Of a stretch of DNA of 64,000 nucleotides, positions 60,467-64,000 are shown piece after piece; position 1 is the first letter of the stretch; each line of letters opens with the position of its first letter. Source of the DNA: Takakia lepidozioides (lineage: Eukaryota; Plantae; Bryophyta); assembly GCA_030704615.1 (NCBI GenBank), contig CM060732.1, positions 26,536,001 through 26,600,000 on the forward strand. Direction: 5' to 3'. The translations under genes were made by a program, and so were the position numbers. The notes beneath the pieces were generated by a model. It was not told the DNA's origin, did no database searches, and saw only the letters and a program-made list of their open reading frames with translations.

Positions 60467-63400
60467 GAGCAGCCTTCCATGTACCCAGCTCACCGTCTAA
60501 GGGAGGAAACCGACAAAACTTGGCCGGGTAGCATGGGGTAGCGGGGCGGCGGAAGAGTTCCTATGTGATAGTGCAGCCCCATAAAATGGAAAGAGAGCTC
60601 GCACAAATTTATTGCAGCATGTACTTGCCTGCCACGTCGTGCTAAACTCAGTCGTACGTAGTACCTCTACCACGACATGCTAAAGTCCAATTATTACTCG
60701 GCCGCCGAGCTCACATGAACCCAGCTATTGTTTTTTAGCACCCGGCAAATTCCTTTTTCTGCGGGCCGAGCTCCTCCCGTGGTCTGATCAGCAGCTGACC
60801 GCTTTGGAGATTTGAACTCTGGAGGTATACAAGAGCATCGTGGAATGAGCATCGATGCATCGAAGCCGTTCGTGCGGAAAGTTGTGGGCCTTGTGTAGCG
60901 GAGATGACCTTCGTTAGGGTTTGTTGGGGCGGCTGACCTTTGTACATAGCCAGGAGCCATTGCCGAAGTTTCTCTCGGGTAGGATTGCGGAGGCGGCTGA
61001 TTGAGCTCAGAGTGACCCGCTGCAGATGTACAAGTAGATCGTCTGTTTGTCTCTAGGTATGTGTGGTGTTTGCCTTGCGATGTGACGTTGGTCCTAGGAA
61101 GACAGGTGCGGTGTCAGGGAAACATCAGGGTTATCATCTTTATTCCAGTAGTCACGTTGATTCGTGGTCATCCTCTCTCAAAATTCTCGTTGGGTTTGAC
61201 TGTTCTTATAAGCTGTGATTTTTCCAGCCAAGCTCTCTACTTTTGTTTTCCTTACGCACTTGATGAGTTGAGATGTTGTATTCTGTTGTGAGTGATTCTT
61301 CTCGCGCGGTGTTATTGTGTGTTTTCTGAATATTAATCCTACGGCGGCATTGTCGAGTTCACCCCACTGAAGCACTTTCCGTGTTACAGATATGGTGTCC
61401 TCTCCTTCCCTGCATGCCTAAATGGAAGCTAGTCCATTTCCCCGGTCTGCCAATTCTTGAGCGGTTTTCATGGGAACGCTGGGATTCGACACCCCAGTGA
61501 GAGATTAACATTTGTTTTGTTGTCTGAATCTCCTAGTTGTCGGTCGCCTTTGAGGATGTCGGGTCTTTGTACACAGAGGTGCGAGTGATGTCAAGTAAAG
61601 CCAAGTAGTCCTGTGTTGTAGTTTGGCCGGTTTTTTGTTGTGGTCTTTAGTCCTGTTGAGGCACAATGATGATTCATCCACTTTTTGGTTGAGAGATTAC
61701 TCGTTGATGCAACCAAAACCTCCTACTCATTCTGAGTGCTGCAGGGCTTTATGTTGGTCAGTATTACCAAGGCATGTGATGAAAGAAATTGTCAAAGGGT
61801 AATTTGCGCCTGATCGCTGTGATGTTACACCTTGGAGACCTGATGCCTTGGGTTTGTCCTTCATGTATTGAAGTAACATGTCTACTAACAGTGCGAAATG
61901 AGGACGTGGGCTCGGCTGGATCCTTTTCTATCTGACCCACTTCGAACTGTGGTTTCCTGAAATTGATTACCCCAGAGGTGGTCCACCGGAAAATTCAGCC
62001 AGCTGATCCCTATTTCGCCACAATCTCTTAAAAGTACTGCCGCATTCTAGGTCACACAACAGACGCGACACGCTTTGAAGCTCCCTCCGAACTTTGGCAC
62101 AGGACTGTTTGTCGCATCTAGAAACAAGGGTTGAATATTCTAAACCGCTTGTGAATGCTGGCTTAGCATGCCAACACTTGACCTGCAGTTTTTGGGAAAT
62201 GGACTGGCTTGTCCATTTCTTCAAGGCGCAGAACTGCGGGAGGGAGTTTAGCAGGCCAATACTTGACCTGCAGTTCTGCCTGGGCAGCCATAATTTCCTC
62301 GTCCCCTTAGCATGAGTGGATGTTGTGAAACTCATCAAGCCCTCAACCCAACTGCTGAATACATCCTTTCACCAGGGTTTGAAGGGCGGCCATCAACCCT
62401 ACTCTGAGGGATAATTAAACAATAAATCTCCACAAACATAGTCTGTGCTGGCTTCCATTCATGGATATGTTCGGATTTGAAAATGTTTGGCCTGCTCACA
62501 CACTTTGGGTGCCTATGTAATCCTCGTTTTCAAAATTCAGCTGAAACGTCATGAGCTACAAACAAATTTTAGCAGTCTTACAAAGTTTCATAATCTTAGC
62601 AGCAATTGTTTCTCATTGAGGGCGAAGAAAATGCTGCTCTTGAAGGTGCATGGAGAGGGAGTGGATGGTAGAAGTTTGCAGCATTTGCCAATTTGGGGTT
62701 CCTATTAAGTTATGGCGTTGGCCTTCCCGTAGTTGTTGTCCTAGTCTTTGTGCATCACTTTGGTGGGAGGGTAATGTTTATTAGATGCATGTTCATGTCA
62801 ATCTCACAATGTGCATGTACAATAGCCTACTGATTAGACAGCATGGTGAAGTGGCTCATGCCCACACAGATTTTTTGTATGTATTTGTATGTGTACGTGT
62901 AAAAATTGTGTATGTAAATAGTAACAACATAGGAAAAGGATAGGTTGGACAACAGAAATTTTATTCGGGCTCACTTTTTTGTCGATTATCCTCCCGAAAT
63001 TATCCAGGGAGAGAATGTAGAGCCACGAGAAGGTGGACGAGTGCAAGCAATTTGGGAAACAACAGGACATGATACAGTGACCAATGTCCCGTGGCTTTCC
63101 CGACTTCAAAGAGACCAAATCAACTGCCCAGTGACCCAGAATATACCACAATAAATATTGGCCGCCTCCTTGTAGCCATAGAGTACTGGAAAACTCCCAA
63201 GTGCTTTATACGAAAGGCGGCCTAACATAGAGAAGGAACAGAAAAGCAGTGAAATATCTTACAACTATAACAACACAAGCACTAACAGCAAATTCAGGCC
63301 CATGAGGACGCTCAGACAGCCAATAGTGGTTTCTTCAGCCTGGCTATGCCAGATCAGAAACTCTAGTCCAAAACACTTTGGTATCATCACAGCATAAAAG

Positions 63401-64000
63401 AGCTGAGAGGGCCCTAGACCAGCAACAGTAAAACCGCAGAGTAGATTGGTTTAGCAAGTAGCGCGAAGCCCTTTGAGACCCGTGAAAAATCATTCATCAA
63501 GTGCTTACCAACCACACCCCTCAGCAAGTAAAGAAGGTAAAGTCTATCTCCAATGGTAAGGATATGGTAGAACAACACTGACTTGAAGCGTCATGCGGCA
63601 CTTCCTATATTGGGAGATTGTCATCCTCCGGTATCACACAAGTTACATGCACACTAGAATTTCAATACTGAGAATAACGGAGCATCCTTCCCGTGTACGA
63701 AACAAACAGCAGCTCATGCTCAAAATAAAAAAAAACATAACTCCATGCTAGAGCAAGAACGTCTAGATATCATCACCCTCAATGGCACCATAAGCAATGA
63801 CGGGTAGTACAGATGGCTACTTGGTAGGTAGCACAGATGGCTTCCTATCGAGAAGTGAAGGTTGCTCTATGCCAAACCCTGGTCGAATTGAGGATCACAG
63901 CATACGCTACCCCCTTCGTGGCAGGTCGGCAGAAACACAATCAGCAAGACCAAACCATATCCTGGAAAAGAACGCAGCGGCATCTCCAATAGACAAGGTG

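Noticed and set aside
63880-64000. Weak peptide similarity (FGL....S.(N/D)LP) between this minus-strand stretch and 18270-18340
   Set aside because: Too short to distinguish from chance without a statistical alignment.

Overview
Repeat-rich nuclear DNA from a plant with spliced genes; the gene and transposon content suggests a non-seed streptophyte, but that is inference. Three host genes are supported. (1) A ~19 kb multi-exon MOM1-like chromatin-silencing gene (+, from at least 20523 to 39115) with an unusual architecture: PWWP-like, 2x PHD, 2x chromo, catalytically degenerate SNF2, CMM1/CMM2-like segments and a C-terminal SIM. (2) The mitochondrial complex I subunit NDUFC2/B14.5b (+, from 40480). 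(3) A TRFL3/TRFL6-like telobox Myb gene (-, 44202-49514). The flanks hold a full-length decayed Ty3/gypsy chromovirus (3497-9377, TSD CACCT), hAT, Mutator, pogo and CACTA non-autonomous elements, three tRNA-derived SINEs and RTEX-like LINE fragments. The most notable signal is two complementary decayed copies of a piggyBac-superfamily transposon (10225-12218 on -, 52603 to ~57880 on +). They have TTAA/CCC-type ends and an N-terminal extension of about 250 aa containing a Tudor-like segment. The second copy is interrupted by a CACTA element that itself carries a probable solo LTR. About 18.2-19.9 kb and 60.7-64 kb look like decayed coding DNA that I could not identify. All calls come from manual translation and motif recognition; no searches were run.
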